Below, in pieces: positions 34,861 through 47,500 of a DNA stretch of 64,000 bases. The DNA is from Zygnema circumcarinatum SAG 698-1b (Eukaryota > Plantae > Zygnematophyceae): positions 2,728,001-2,792,000 of the forward strand of contig CM074806.1 in the NCBI GenBank assembly GCA_037447605.1, read 5' to 3'. A program made the position numbers and the translations under genes. The stretch's first letter is position 1. Every line of letters starts with the position of its first letter. The notes beneath the pieces were generated by a model that was not told the DNA's origin, did not search any database, and was given only the letters and a program-made list of their open reading frames with translations.

Positions 34861-35887
34861 TCAATCTAAGTCCGCAATGCCTAAGTTGGCAACGATGATT
34901 TTCAATTGCTCGGGGAAGTTGACTCCTGTCGCGAACTCAGTCAACAAGCCTACGGCCAACCCAAACATGGTCCACCTGCCACAAAACGCCAGTCCTTCAG
35001 TTTCAGGATCACTTCAGTGCCTGTCAGGAGTTCAAAAGTGGAGCAGAATTTCACCAAAGAAACTTCAGCCAAAGCTACCGTGGCTGTTGTGAGTTTTGTG
35101 CAAACATTGAAAAATGCAGGCTGGTGTACTGCTCCCTCGTATAATTGCAGAGCAGTAGGCATTGGGAAACACAATCACGGATACTAATCTCTGGTTGCAG
35201 ATTCGCTGCAGACCTGTCTAATCAGTGAAGAAGGAGAAGGGCACGTTGTTTCTTCGCAACCGATACGAGTCGTCGAACACCTTATGAAGCTCTATTCAGT
35301 GTGAGCTTGCTTAAGCATTCTGCAGTAATTTGTGGATTCCGCCACCATTTTGCAGCAGAGCCTGCTGTCGACCCTCACAATGCGCAACGCTCGAGTTCAA
35401 GCCCTGCTACTTCACTCACAGCTTTTACATTCTGACTCTCATTTGAAATATATCATTATTTCCGCGAACCAGGGAGGGAGGGAGGGAGCGCTGACCTGCC
35501 GTTGGTGATCTCATTCTTGCGCGTCCAGCCGAAGACGCGGCCCTCGCGGAGCTGCTGCTCGAACTTCTTGTCCTGAAAGTACGCCGCCATCTCCTTGGCG
35601 CGCTGCCGCTGGAACTCCACCGTCACCGCCGCCTGCGCCTGCGCAGAGGGCGGGGCCACCGGCGGCCTCTCCGCGGTGCCGACGCTGCTCGCGGCGGCGG
35701 GGGGAGGCGGGCTCGGGCCGCCCTCCGGCAGAGGCGCGCCCGGCTGCCGCAGAGGGCCCTCCGCCTTGCTGCACCGCACGCTTGCCGCCCGCCTCCCGCC
35801 CCCGCCCGCCGCCCTGCCCGCATCCCTCCCGCCGTGAGGCACGCGCAACACTGCGGGCGCCGCCGCCAGGCCTAGACCCGCCGCCAT
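34861..35887 (-). CDS. OHP2: One-helix protein 2 (OHP2), copy A; exons 35887-35496 and 34975-34861
   Basis: VTVEFQRQRAKEMAAYFQDKK..FGWTRKNEITNGR|WTMFGLAVGLLTEFATGVNFPEQLKIIVANLGIADLD*; LHC-motif helix; Ala/Pro-rich transit peptide; GT-AG intron. Confidence 0.92.
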
Positions 35888-35984
35888 GGCTGCCGCTGCC
35901 GCCCGCTCGCCCTCGCTGCTCGCCCCTCGCTGCTCGCCCGCGCTCCCTGAGCTCCCTTAGCAGACTTACATGAATTAAAACTTG

Positions 35985-36687
35985 CACAGATCGGACCATT
36001 AGACAAACCAGTCGACTGGTTGGCAACCAGTGGTTGCGGACCGAAACAACCATTCGACTGGTTGCCAACCAGTGGATGCCACTGGTTCGCAACCAGTCGA
36101 CTGGTTGCCAACCAGTGGCATCCACTGGTTCCAAACCATTCGACTGGTTGCCAACCAGTGGTTGCGGATAGAAACAACCATTCGACTGGTTGCCAACCAG
36201 TGGCATCCACTGGTTCCAAACCAGTCGACTGGTTGCCAACCAGTGGTTGCGGACCGAAACAACCATTCGACTGGTTGCCAACCAGTGGCATCCACTGGTT
36301 CCAAACCAGTCGACTGGTTGCGAACCAGTGGCGCAGGACTGAAACAACCATTCGACTGGTTCGGAACCAGTGATCCAATGGTTGCCAACCATTTGATTTA
36401 ATGGATATAACCATTCGACTGGTTGCCAACCAGTGCTGCCGGATCGAAACAACCATTCGACTGGTTGCCAACCAGTGGATGCCACTGGTTCACAACCAGT
36501 CGACTGGTTGCCAACCAGTGCCGCCGGATCGAAACAACCATTCGACTGGTTGCCAACCAGTGGCATCCACTGGTTCCAAACCAGTCGACTGGTTGTCAAC
36601 CAGTCGACTGGTTGCCGACCAGTAGACGTCCAACCATTGCCATCCAATGGTTGTCCAATGGTTGCCGATCCACTGGTCCGAACTGTG
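35985..36687 (-). mobile_element. Non-autonomous TIR DNA transposon (703 bp), copy 2, inverted relative to copy 1
   Basis: Termini CACAGATCGGACCA (35985) / TGGTCCGAACTGTG (36687); 8-bp TSD AAAACTTG at 35977-35984 and 36688-36695; same palindrome array with different unit number and order. Confidence 0.92.
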
Positions 36688-36870
36688 AAAACTTGATTTC
36701 CTTCCCTCAGCGCGGGCCTCCCCCCCGGCCTCGCGGATCCTCAAATGACGATTCGACACGTTGTCAATCTATACACGTGGCGAGTCCCCATTGGATGTGG
36801 ACGAGAAGCTCGCAACGGAGGGAGGCCGCACCTCTTTCGTTTCTAGCTTTTGGCGCAACATTGGAAGAAG

Positions 36871-37048
36871 AAGATGTTTGTTTGAACTCACGATGGCAAG
36901 GCCATCAAATGTACATGGATAAATTCGACATAGAGAACCAGAGGAAGCGGTCACAAAGGACCTAAGGACAAAGAGGAAGCCTCAAAACGGAAATCAACTT
37001 CTAGGCCCAACAACACGGCACTAGAAGCAGCCGCGAAGGTCGCCGATG
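36871..37048 (+). repeat. ~175-bp dispersed repeat, also present at 54694-54867
   Basis: Shared blocks AAGATGTTTG..TTGAACTCACGATGGCAAGGCCATCAAATGTACA and AACGGAAATCAACTTCTAGG..CACGGCACTAGAAGCAGCCGCGAAGGTCGCC. Confidence 0.85.
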
Positions 37049-38066
37049 TGCGGCGCAACACGCGCAGGAAGGGGCGGGAAACCACCAAGACGGGCCCTAA
37101 CAACCGCTGCACGCCGAAGGATGGTGGAAGCATGGCAGCGCTGCAAAGCGACAAAAATGCGATGGCGATAAAAAGTTGCGAGGATCGCTGGGGGAGGGCT
37201 TCCGGGGCCGTGCATCTCAAAGGAGCGGTGGGCGCACTGGCACGAGCATCGAGGCAGCCAAAAATCTCTCACCTTTTCAAACGTAAGATTTGAAGCAGAG
37301 TTTTGCTTGTACGGTAGAGAGGCAGACGAGTTTTCAGTGGGCCCCAATGAGTCTGCAGACAGTGAGCAGGTAAGCATCGCTCATCAATTTGGCTCATTTC
37401 CTTGAAGAGATGTAGTTGTGAGCCATGAACGATAGTTAGCAATGTACAAACGAATTGAGTGGGTGTAGCGCCTCTTTGGCATGTGATCAAGTCCGAGGCG
37501 AAGATACTGATTGCACAACAAGCATGAGATGTAAAATGGTCACAACTTACAGCCACGACTGCTTTACAGAGATAAATAAGAATTCTTACGCTTCACGAAT
37601 ACAGTGAAGGTCCAGCATCAAGCTGAAAGGCACGCTATCCTGCTGTCTCGGCTCAAGTTCTGTACTACCTCTTTCATCTTCCGTACAATGCTGACTTCCC
37701 CAATCCAATGCACAGTTCCGTTGAAGTGCAGGATGGAGACTTGCTGAAGCTAAAGGCCAAATGACTCGTCAGCACACTCGCATCGACCTCGCGCATTCCC
37801 GAAGACTTGAAAAACACTAAAGTTTCAGACAGGTGTTGCTGGCTGGTACTCTTTACTGAAAAACTAAAGCCAAAACCTAATGTCAAACAACTAGAAGTTT
37901 GGGCACTCTAACTGCACAAGCTGCTTGCTTCCTACAAAGCTGGCCAACACTTGGAAGAAAGTCTCCATCACCGTCCTGAAGCATTTTGGACACTCCAGCT
38001 ATGAAGCAAGAAGAACTTCCTGAATCTGGCAGGGAAACAAAGAAGCTCTCTACAAAACTAAGCAAA

Positions 38067-39701
38067 TCAATCTAAATCAGCGATGCCCAAGTTAGCAACG
38101 ATAATTTTCAATTGTTCGGGAAAATTGACTCCGGTCGCAAACTCGGTCAACAAACCCACCGCCAATCCGAACATGGTCCACCTGCCACGTCACGGCACGC
38201 CCCCAATTTAGATCAGGGGACGCCAAGGGATAAATGAAGACAGCAACTCACAAAGTTTCCTGCATTCCAACGCTGCACATGTAGCAGCTGTCTGTGAACT
38301 GTGGACAAGCACAGAGGTAGCAGAAACTCATGCAGTGCCACATCAGTTTCCTCTTTCACGTCTCAATGGCCTGTCAGCTCGCCTCATTGTCCCACGTCAT
38401 TGCATTGCCTCGCCGCTCTTGAAGGACCCACAGAAGGACCTTAACACTTATTGGACATCACTCAGCCATTTTAGAAGCTGCTTGGTCAGAGTACGTAAGT
38501 ACACGATCGTAACAAGGACAACATTCTAAAAGTTGAAATGTGTAGACTGGTTTGGAGATGTTCCCCAAAGTATAGGCAACGACACTGCAGATAAGCCCGA
38601 CCGTATTGAGACCTTTAAGCCCCATCTTGTGAAGTGGTCGCCAAATTCAGCAATATCTCCCAATCTCTTCCGCCAAATGTTGACAATATTTTTCGTTGTG
38701 ACTCTCTGATCAAATTAGATCGGCATAGTGAGAATCCTAGAGCCAGAGTCGATATGCCTCCAACTTCGACACTGCTTAACCAGTTGTCTATGGAATATCC
38801 TCAATACCGAAATCGCAAAAAGCGGAAGGAAAGTTAGCTACCTCTTAACACATTAACAGAATGTGAGCATTGAGGACTGTTTGAATTATCTTAATAACAA
38901 GAAATTCATCCAAGACTGTTCAATGTCCATTGCGATTCCAGAGACAATGCTGCCCTTCCTCTATTTTCTCTTTTGCGGATAAGCGTTCTATGTCAGCAGC
39001 TACTCTGTCAAGCACCTGTATCCAGGACGGCGCCATTCCAATTCACCAATGTCTAAAATTCTGAAAAAAGTCAGCACATTGTGAGCGAATGGGCCTACCG
39101 CTCTTTCCCCCGATTCTGCACACTAATCACACGCAATGACATCCCAGGATGCTCTGCTACCACTCACTCACATGTCACATTTCTCACACGTGCATTCACG
39201 GTCTCCTATGAAGTAACCGAACAACACAGCCCTGACGCTCTGCAGCTGCATTCACAATTCATCCTATCCGCAAACCAGGGAGGGAGGGAGGGAGGGAGGG
39301 AGCGCTGACCTGCCGTTGGTGATCTCGTTCTTGCGCGTCCAGCCGAAGACGCGGCCCTCGCGCAGCTGCTGCTCGAACTTCTTGTCCTGAAAGTACGCCG
39401 CCATCTCCTTGGCGCGCTGCCGCTGGAACTCCACCGTCACCGCCGCCTGCGCCTGCGCAGAGGGCGGGGCCACCGGCGGCCTCTCCGCGGTGCCGACGCT
39501 GCTCGCGGCGGCGGGGGGAGGCGGGCTCGGGCCGCCCTCCGGCAGAGGCGCGCCCGGCCGCCGCAGAGGGCCCTCCGCCTTGCTGCACCGCACGCTCGCC
39601 GCCCTCCTCCCGCCCCCGCCCGCCACCCTGCCCGCGCCCCTCCCGCCGTGAGGCACGCGCAACACTGCGGGCGCCGCCGCCAGGCCCAGACCCGCCGCCA
39701 T
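38067..39701 (-). CDS. OHP2: One-helix protein 2 (OHP2), copy B; exons 39701-39310 and 38181-38067
   Basis: Same mature C-terminal protein as copy A; same intron position with a longer, unrelated intron (1128 bp vs 520 bp). Confidence 0.92.
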
Positions 39702-40273
39702 GGCTGCCGCTGCCGCCCGCTCGCCCTTCTCTGCTCGCCCTAACTACTCTGTCGGCCTCCTCCCTCCCTCCCTCCCTCCCTCCCTCCCTCCCTCCCGCCT
39801 CCCTATCCCTGCTCGCCTCTCCTCCCTCTCTCTCGCCTCCTCTCCCTCTCGCCGGCTCTGAGGGACTCGCCTGCCCCGCCACGTGGCGCGTGGAGGGGGC
39901 GTGCGCGCGCCGCGAGGTGCGGGCGAGGGCGCGCCACGTCGCACGCCGCCGCCTTGGACGCTTTCCGTCTGCATCGCCGTACAGTCTCGGTTCCGTACGA
40001 CGCGATTCGAGCCAGCCAGCCAGTCAGCCACCGAACCGCGTCGTTTTCGGTCTGCCGTACAGTGTCCGCGGTTCCTGTTACAGTAGACGCCCTACATGTA
40101 CGGCCTGCGTCACGAGAAACCGTACGGCATATCAGCGTACGGAGACTGGAGAGACGACTTGCTTTGCGTGCGACCGTACAGGAGCTTGGTCGTGCTGTAC
40201 GGAGGCGCTACAGCGTCCGTACGCGTATGGCACTCTCGGCCGGCCTGCGTCGGAGGGAGGGAGGGAGGCAGCC
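39702..40273. promoter_or_regulatory. Putative bidirectional promoter OHP2-B / GT92 with (CCCT)n tract, perfect G-box GCCACGTGGC (39878-39887) and CCGTAC cluster
   Basis: Head-to-head ATGs 572 bp apart; motifs read directly; function inferred. Confidence 0.55.
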
Positions 40274-43200
40274 ATGGCGGGCAGCCGCTTACTCGCGCTG
40301 GCGGTCGCCGTGGCGGCTCTCGTCGCCCTATTCAGCGTGCGTGCTCATGCTAAACCCGCATTTTTTCGTGAGGCTGGATTCTCGAGGAACCACGTGACGA
40401 CGCGTGGAGGTGAGGCCGCCCGGGGCAAGGGGAAGCTGCGGGAGGAGAGCGGAAGTCGCCATTCGGAGAAGCTTCTTGGGAGGGAGCTGAAGGATGAATC
40501 AGCAGGTAGAGAGGGACATCTGCTTCTCCCTTCCTGCTCCCTGTGCTGCACAATGTCCACTCTTTGTGTCTGTCCACATTTCAAGCCCCTATATTCAAGG
40601 CTTCATAAGGGGGGAAAAATCCGTTGGAATAGAGATGATGCGGGGATTGAGCTGTTCTGGAAAATGGAGAAGCTTGGGAGTTCGTGTTTGGTTTGTTGTG
40701 ACTACATGTACAATGCCGGTCTACGCTTTGTATGATGCACGTCCTTAGGAACATTCCATGTTCGACCACCCTTTTCCGCTTAAAATTTGATGTAGAATGT
40801 AAGTCAAATTTATTGGCATAAATGTTGAATGGAGATCAACATTGCATACTTGTATTGCTTGGACTAGATCCCTCAAGTTGACATTTTTTACAATTTTCTA
40901 ATGCCATAGTATCTCTGTAGAGTGTGCAGGAAAATCAGAAGTATTTTAATCGTGAGTCTTAGGCGTAGATTGGAGTGCTGAACATCAGAAGAATGTTTTC
41001 TCGACGACGAAGTTAGACTTTGTTCATGAGATGATGAAAGACGCCCTTACGAACGTCGTCGATCTTCTTTTTGCAAAAGAATTGTTTTTTATAGTCTGGC
41101 GTAGACACTTACTTTATCCTGTCTTTGACATGTTTTTCATAGCCAACCTGACTTGTTTGACGTGAATTTGGATATTGATCAAAACTGACTTTGGAGCTCA
41201 ACACCCACGCTTCCTTTTTCATTTTATTTAAGTTCAAACGCAAGACATCACCGATGAAAAAATCTGAAAAGCTATCAATTTACTGGCATGACTAAACTTG
41301 ACTATGTCAGTTAAGCCCAAGGTCCTGTAACTGGTCCCCACAAGTGGTCTGGTCATTGGGATGGTTTGTCTGATCGCACTTGGCCAGGTGGGCCTTATAC
41401 AGAAGAAGCATCTAAAAAGTGGCAGCAAGCAGCCTGTAGCGATAGTGGTTGTGAATGCCTTCACCAAAGCGGCTAGCAGTGCAACTGTCCTTCACGTGCG
41501 TTTGTTCTGAAAGGGTTTTAACAAGCGGGTGTGCAGAGTCTGCCTCCACTGAACCAGCCGAGGACAAGGAAGTAATCAGAAGTCGAAGCAAACCAACTTT
41601 CTGGTGGAAAAATGTAAGGGGCAAGAAGCTCCGTCAAAAGCGTTCAGCAGCTGACGGAGAGAAATCTGCTGAAAACAGCGTTGAAGTGCCCGCTACATCT
41701 GGAAGGGTGTCAGGAAAACGACTGAAGAAGGTTGCAGCTAATGTTGGGAGAAGGGCTCTCGCCGCCGAGGGGAAAGAGAGACCCCGCGCTGCAACTGGAA
41801 ACTCCATCATGAGAAGGGCAGGAGTTGAATCCCGATTGGGAAAAGTTGCTATAGATTCCAGTGCAGCAGGCAAGCGGGTTGCAGGATACGACGAGGCCCC
41901 TCTCAGCAAAGACGGTTTTGTGCCAATGGGGCGCGTAACTCATACATTTGTCCGCTTCAGGTACGCGAGGGGTGCAGAGAGAGAAAGAGAGAGAGAGAGT
42001 TAGGGGTATGTTCATTAGTTTTTTTTAACTTAACACATATTCAGAGAGGAAACAGCTCTCCTCTTTATCCTGGAATGCAAAGACTGAAATGGAGTGGCCT
42101 TCGTTGCAGTGCGTATCGCAACGACCTGAGCTCTTTCTTTGTAATCGGACTCTCCTCGGAGTTTTTGGAAGGGGGAGGGGGCGCGCCTGTGAGAGCGTGC
42201 CATTGGCGGGAGGGACGATACAGAACTCAGCCACTCCGACGAAAGAGGTTTTCACCTTTCAGAGGGGCTCAGAGAAGGCAGTGGGAATTGAAAAGCACAG
42301 AGTACAAAGGTAGCTCTTTTGGTTCTCATGGGGACTAGAACATGACGTTATGTTATCTCCTTGCTGCCTTTACCTATGCAAAGATCATGCTTGGAGATGA
42401 GCTTGGTTTAAGCTGCTGGGTGCAGGCTGTTGCGGCTCGGCACGATTGCAGCCGTGGCAGTGGAGTTGACTTATGCTGACAACCTCGACCGACATGGCTA
42501 CGACTATCGGGTGACTGTCGTCAAATGCAGTTTTGGTCAGAGTGTGGGGGTGAACGGGAAGGGAACTCTTTACTTGGAGATACCAACGCGTATAGGTGAG
42601 CTTCGAAGTCGTTCATGGCATTATCTGGTCTCGGAATACATAAAGGGCAAAGTTTGCTTGCGGAAAATGGAGGGTTTACCTTCGTCTTTCATGACGAGAG
42701 TTGGAAAGTCTCAATTCGAGCCATTCCGCAGGTTCTGGGAAAGCAAGAAGATGTTTAGTTCACTTCTTGACCTTACGTCCAGGTTCCATTGTGCCCATCC
42801 GTGTTGACTTTCTGGATCAGACAAAATGCTTGTTTGATGCATGCAGGATACCTGAGTTACTGCTTTATGTATGGGTGCAGGCAATCTTGTTGCAGGGACT
42901 GTTAACGAGACTGAATTTGTTCCAGTATTCCATCAAACAGCCCTTGACTACCAGCTCTATGTTCCACGTATGTCCGGCGAGCTTCCCAAATATCGCTACA
43001 AGTATGCAATGTGTGGAGCTCCAATGCGTGAAACACTGAATGCGACGATTATTCAGCAATGGATCACGTGGTACAGAGTGCTATTTCAGGATAATGCACA
43101 CTTTTTCTTCTACGTGACTGAGTTCCTTGGCAAAGATTTGCAAGCTCGTCTAGACGAATGGTCTAAATTGGGAATTTTGACAGTTATCGATGTGAGAGGG

Positions 43201-43982
43201 CAAAGCCAATACGATGGATGGTACTTCAACCAACTTCTATTTCTCAACGACTGCGTGCACCGTTCTCGGCATCTTGCACGGTAAGTCCCTCCTCAAGCCC
43301 AAAATGTTGTGAAATGCTTTTGTTTAGGGAAGAGATCCAAACGAACAAGTCACAAGGCATCTCTGCTACCTTCTCTTTGTTTGGAATGTCTCTTTGTTGC
43401 AGGTGGACTCTTAACTTAGACTTTGACGAGTTCTTATATGCCCACAAAAGGAAGTTTCGGTCAAAGAATATGGACGACTTCCTGGCAACGTGGGAAGATG
43501 CCCCTGCCGTGCTGTTTGGCAGTTGGGACTACTACATCGGCCTTTGCCAACCAGTAAAATCCACTTCACCAATCAGGTGGCCCATAGAAAACATGGTGTG
43601 GCGGAGACGACGTACGTGCACACCAGTTAACTGTCACATGCCTCGGAAGAAATGGTGCCTAAACCCGGAAAGGGTATTTATGGTGCAAATACATAATATT
43701 TCAAGTTATACACCGACGGATGCGTCTCCTGTGTTTGTTCTCGGGACCACAGCCTTTGTGGCCCATTTTCAGGGCCTGGCGAAACGGGGCAATGCTGCAT
43801 GCGAGCTCGTGACGGACCACCCGGAGCGCCATCTGGAGGAGCTGAAGCTGTCTCGGCACATTCTCGAAAAACCGATTCAAAGAAATCACATTTTGGCGAA
43901 TGAGGTGGCCACTATGCGGCGTACTAACAAGCTCTACTCTTTGAGAGCTCTCTCTTCGCGAGACGAGAGCACAGGCACATGA
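40274..43982 (+). CDS. Glycosyltransferase family 92 (DUF23) protein, GALS (beta-1,4-galactan synthase)-like, divergent
   Basis: N-terminal hydrophobic segment MAGSRLLALAVAVAALVALFSV; SAYRNDLSSFFVIGLSS; DYRVTVVKCSF; YKYAMCGAP; IDVRGQSQYDGWYFNQLLFLNDCVHRSRHLARWTLNLDFDEFLY; KKWCLNPERV. Exons around 41.3-41.5 kb are uncertain. Confidence 0.8.
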
Positions 43983-44597
43983 TGTACATGTCTGCAGCAT
44001 CTGTACTTTATTTGTTCCCCTGACAAATAGCAATGGCAATGACAGTGAAAATAGCAATCACAATGACACTGACGATGACAATTCTCAAAAACAACAATTT
44101 ACAGGCTTGTAAGGCGTCGCAGAGCGCGTGCTTCCGTCATGAGTTTTCTTCGCTTTCTTCTTAATTCCTTTCATTTCGTGAAGAAACTGAGAATGAAAGC
44201 CAACTCCAACCTGCGCGTTTTGGCTCAATGTAAGGCCAGGCCTGGAGCGTGAACCGTCCTCAACCAAGTCCTTGTAGCTACAAACAATATTAAAGGCAGC
44301 GACATGTTCCAAACGTCCCATGCGGTCGGCAGCCACATAACTCGGAAGAGAATCCTTCATATGGGCCCACTATACAAGATTAGCTCCCCAATCCCTTGCA
44401 GGGGGGCCAGAAGGCCTGTCTTTAAGCGGCCTATAAAGAGGGACATGGCTGTACGGAGGAGCCGCTGGACCAAGGGGGCAGAGTGAGATCAGAACGCATT
44501 CACGCCAGGGTGTTCACGAATAAAGAAAGGTTGCTATGGCAATTATGTCCTCCGGTACATCACAGAAAGTTAATTCTAATGGCATGGATTCACACGG

Positions 44598-47500
44598 CTA
44601 TGACTTTGTCTTGGAGTGTTTCACTAGCCAGTCAATCACAATGTCGATGTTCGTTGCATTCTTGCATGAAATAATGTAGCAGCACACCTCCCTGTCTGTG
44701 AGAGAGCGTAAATCCCTGCACCAAGGAGGCAGCCATGCAGAGGTCAGACGAGATGAAACACAAGCTTGGGAGGAAATTCTGATAGAACATTGCCTATGAC
44801 TGTCGACATCTCTGTTTAATGAGCAACTGGTTGTCGATAATCCCTCCCACTGGCACTTCCTTCATGCTCGCTCCACTGTTGACCAATACGCCGTGGCCAC
44901 CGTCAGGAAGCTCTTATGACGATGATAAAAAACAAAGTGCAAGTAAACGTGATCCAAATGCTTGTCATACACTTTTGTGCTATTCCCAGTTCTATACTGA
45001 AACTATACTAAGCCAATCAGGCACCGTGCACTCTTTTTATGAAGAGTGCACGGTGTTCTTCTTATGACTAATCTTCTTGAAAATTATGACATAAAACAAT
45101 TGTTGTGTTTGTTTTTTTTTGGTTGTTTTATTTTTTTCGGGAAAGAATCCATCGTATGTAAAGCAAACTCCCAATTAACTCGTCGAATTCTACGAGAACA
45201 GACCCAAACGGTACAGAAAAATAATTCAAAACGCATGCATGTTGGAAAGAATACCATGACTTATGGAGTGGATAGGAATAGAAGGGAGGGAAGTAAGCAG
45301 CACTCACATCGCCTCTATGAGAGCATCCTTGCTGAGAGCTTCCACCTTGTCGGACTTATTTCCCAAAACCAGCAAAGGTATTCCACCCAGAGAGGGCTTG
45401 CTCAGTAAATCATGGAGTTCATTTCGAGAAATGGGGATGCTCTCCTTGTCCGCTGCATCCACCACATATCTGCAGACACATCCTCACGTGCGCGCCCACC
45501 CCCAGTGTGTGATGCACAGTCTCAAACCGCAAAAGAAGGATTGGTTTCTTCACGCTGGAACACGTAACCTCTCTGGGGAGAGAGAGCTTCTCTTCTTCGC
45601 TTGGAGCCCACACGCTTAGCTAGTGCAAATATCAGAAACACCTTCAATTACGACAGTAAGAAGAGTTGCCTGGAGTTGCAAAATCCCTTCTATCAGATAA
45701 GCCAATGAAGGACAGCAAATATAAACTTGCAACATGTGGCCTATAGCACGTATCCTGAAATCCTTAAAAATGAAAAATGGCACCCCTCACTAGGCACTTT
45801 CCAACTACATGAACAAGTCCGCAATGTTACTTGTGTGCTTTCAACCCTAAAAATCGGCAACTTTGTCGAAAGGAAACATCGACAGACACGGGCTCGGTCA
45901 GTTCCGAGGCTTACACAATAGCAGACACGCCTCGACAATACCGTTCCCACATGGAACGGAAGCGAGGTTGCCCCCCCAAATCCCAAAGCTTGATGGTCAC
46001 ATTGCCTTTGCTGACCTTCCGCATATTAAACCCAACCTGCGGAAAGCAACCCCTAAGAAGCATTGAAACAGATAGGCAGTCAGCGCTTCACAGCGCCCTC
46101 AAATTGCACAAGCTGCAATTTAATCATCACTGCTTTATGTGAGGAATTATGTAAATAGAATCAAACTGTGTCGATCGATATAGCATGCTTTCTTCAGCTC
46201 AGTCCCAGGCGAGCCAAAATCTGTAGCTGCCCTAACACATTGCATATCAGCGAACACTTATCGTAGAATGCATTTAAGTTAGGCACGGGCAAGGTTAAAA
46301 AGGTTTACAGTGGGAATCATATCTTCGTTGTAACCTCCAGTCTGCAAACCAAGGCACAAAACAGGCAAAACCAGGTAAGGTTCCCACTTCAGTCCGAATA
46401 GAAGAAAAATGAGGAAAGCAAAATGGAAGGGCAGCGTGGAGAGGAGAGGGGAGGAGAAAAAGAGCAGAACTAGTTGTGCGGGGAAAGAGTAGAGAGAAAC
46501 ATAAAAGCTTGATGACTAATAAAGAAGAGGTTAACGAGAAGAAGGAAAGTTGATGATAAAGTTGATGTTCTACCGCGATGACATTCACCAAAGAAGTTTT
46601 GCCAGCATTTTGGAGACCAATCAGTGAGAGCTCCATTTCCTGCTTGAAGAACAAGCTGCACAAATCAGCAAACCAAAGCCATCATCAAAAAACAAATCGA
46701 AAGCGTATGCAACTGAAAGGCAACAGAGACCCCATGATTAAATTTCCATTTGATCCATACGGATCTTTTTTTCGAAGCTCTGAGATTCACTAAGCATGCG
46801 GTAAGCTTCCGTTTCAAGGACTTAAATTTCTTCCATGGTAAACATTTCGCGAACACCGAAAAAAAACCTCAGATTCCAGCAACTCTCCAGCCACTACCAA
46901 GTGTACAATATAATCGATAAATCCAGTCCATTTGTTCATACGGCATTAATAATGCAAACATATCCAGGATGTGTCACCGCCATTCGTAAAAAACAAAACA
47001 ACTCTTAGAGCACTTGACTTGAGTCCACTGATCGTCAAAAACAATTACAACAAAACCTTCCAGAATACAAATGGTTAAACTGCCGTAAAGACATCGAAAA
47101 GCTGCTTTGTTGCCTAAAGTACCTTGCAACTAAGGCGTTCACGACCTGGAAAAAATAAAAAATGGGAAGCAGTGCTAACAATAGGAACCCTCGCAACAGT
47201 GAGATGCCAGGTGCACAATGCCTTACATGGACTCCAAAGTGCTGCAAGCAGTCACGAGGATGGAACATCAATTGAAAGGAACCAAAGATTTCTCGACTCA
47301 TAAATGAGAAAGTAACACGCGTTACTTCTTCCAACGGGAAAAAGCCCAGAACATTCGACTAAGGAGTGCATGCATCTAAACGCCATAAACACGTAGAGTT
47401 ACAAACTGAATAAGGAAACTCACATCTACAAGCCACGCCTGCCTGTGCACGCGCAATCACGGAAGACATTAGACACCAAAAAGAAACGGGCAGACTATCA

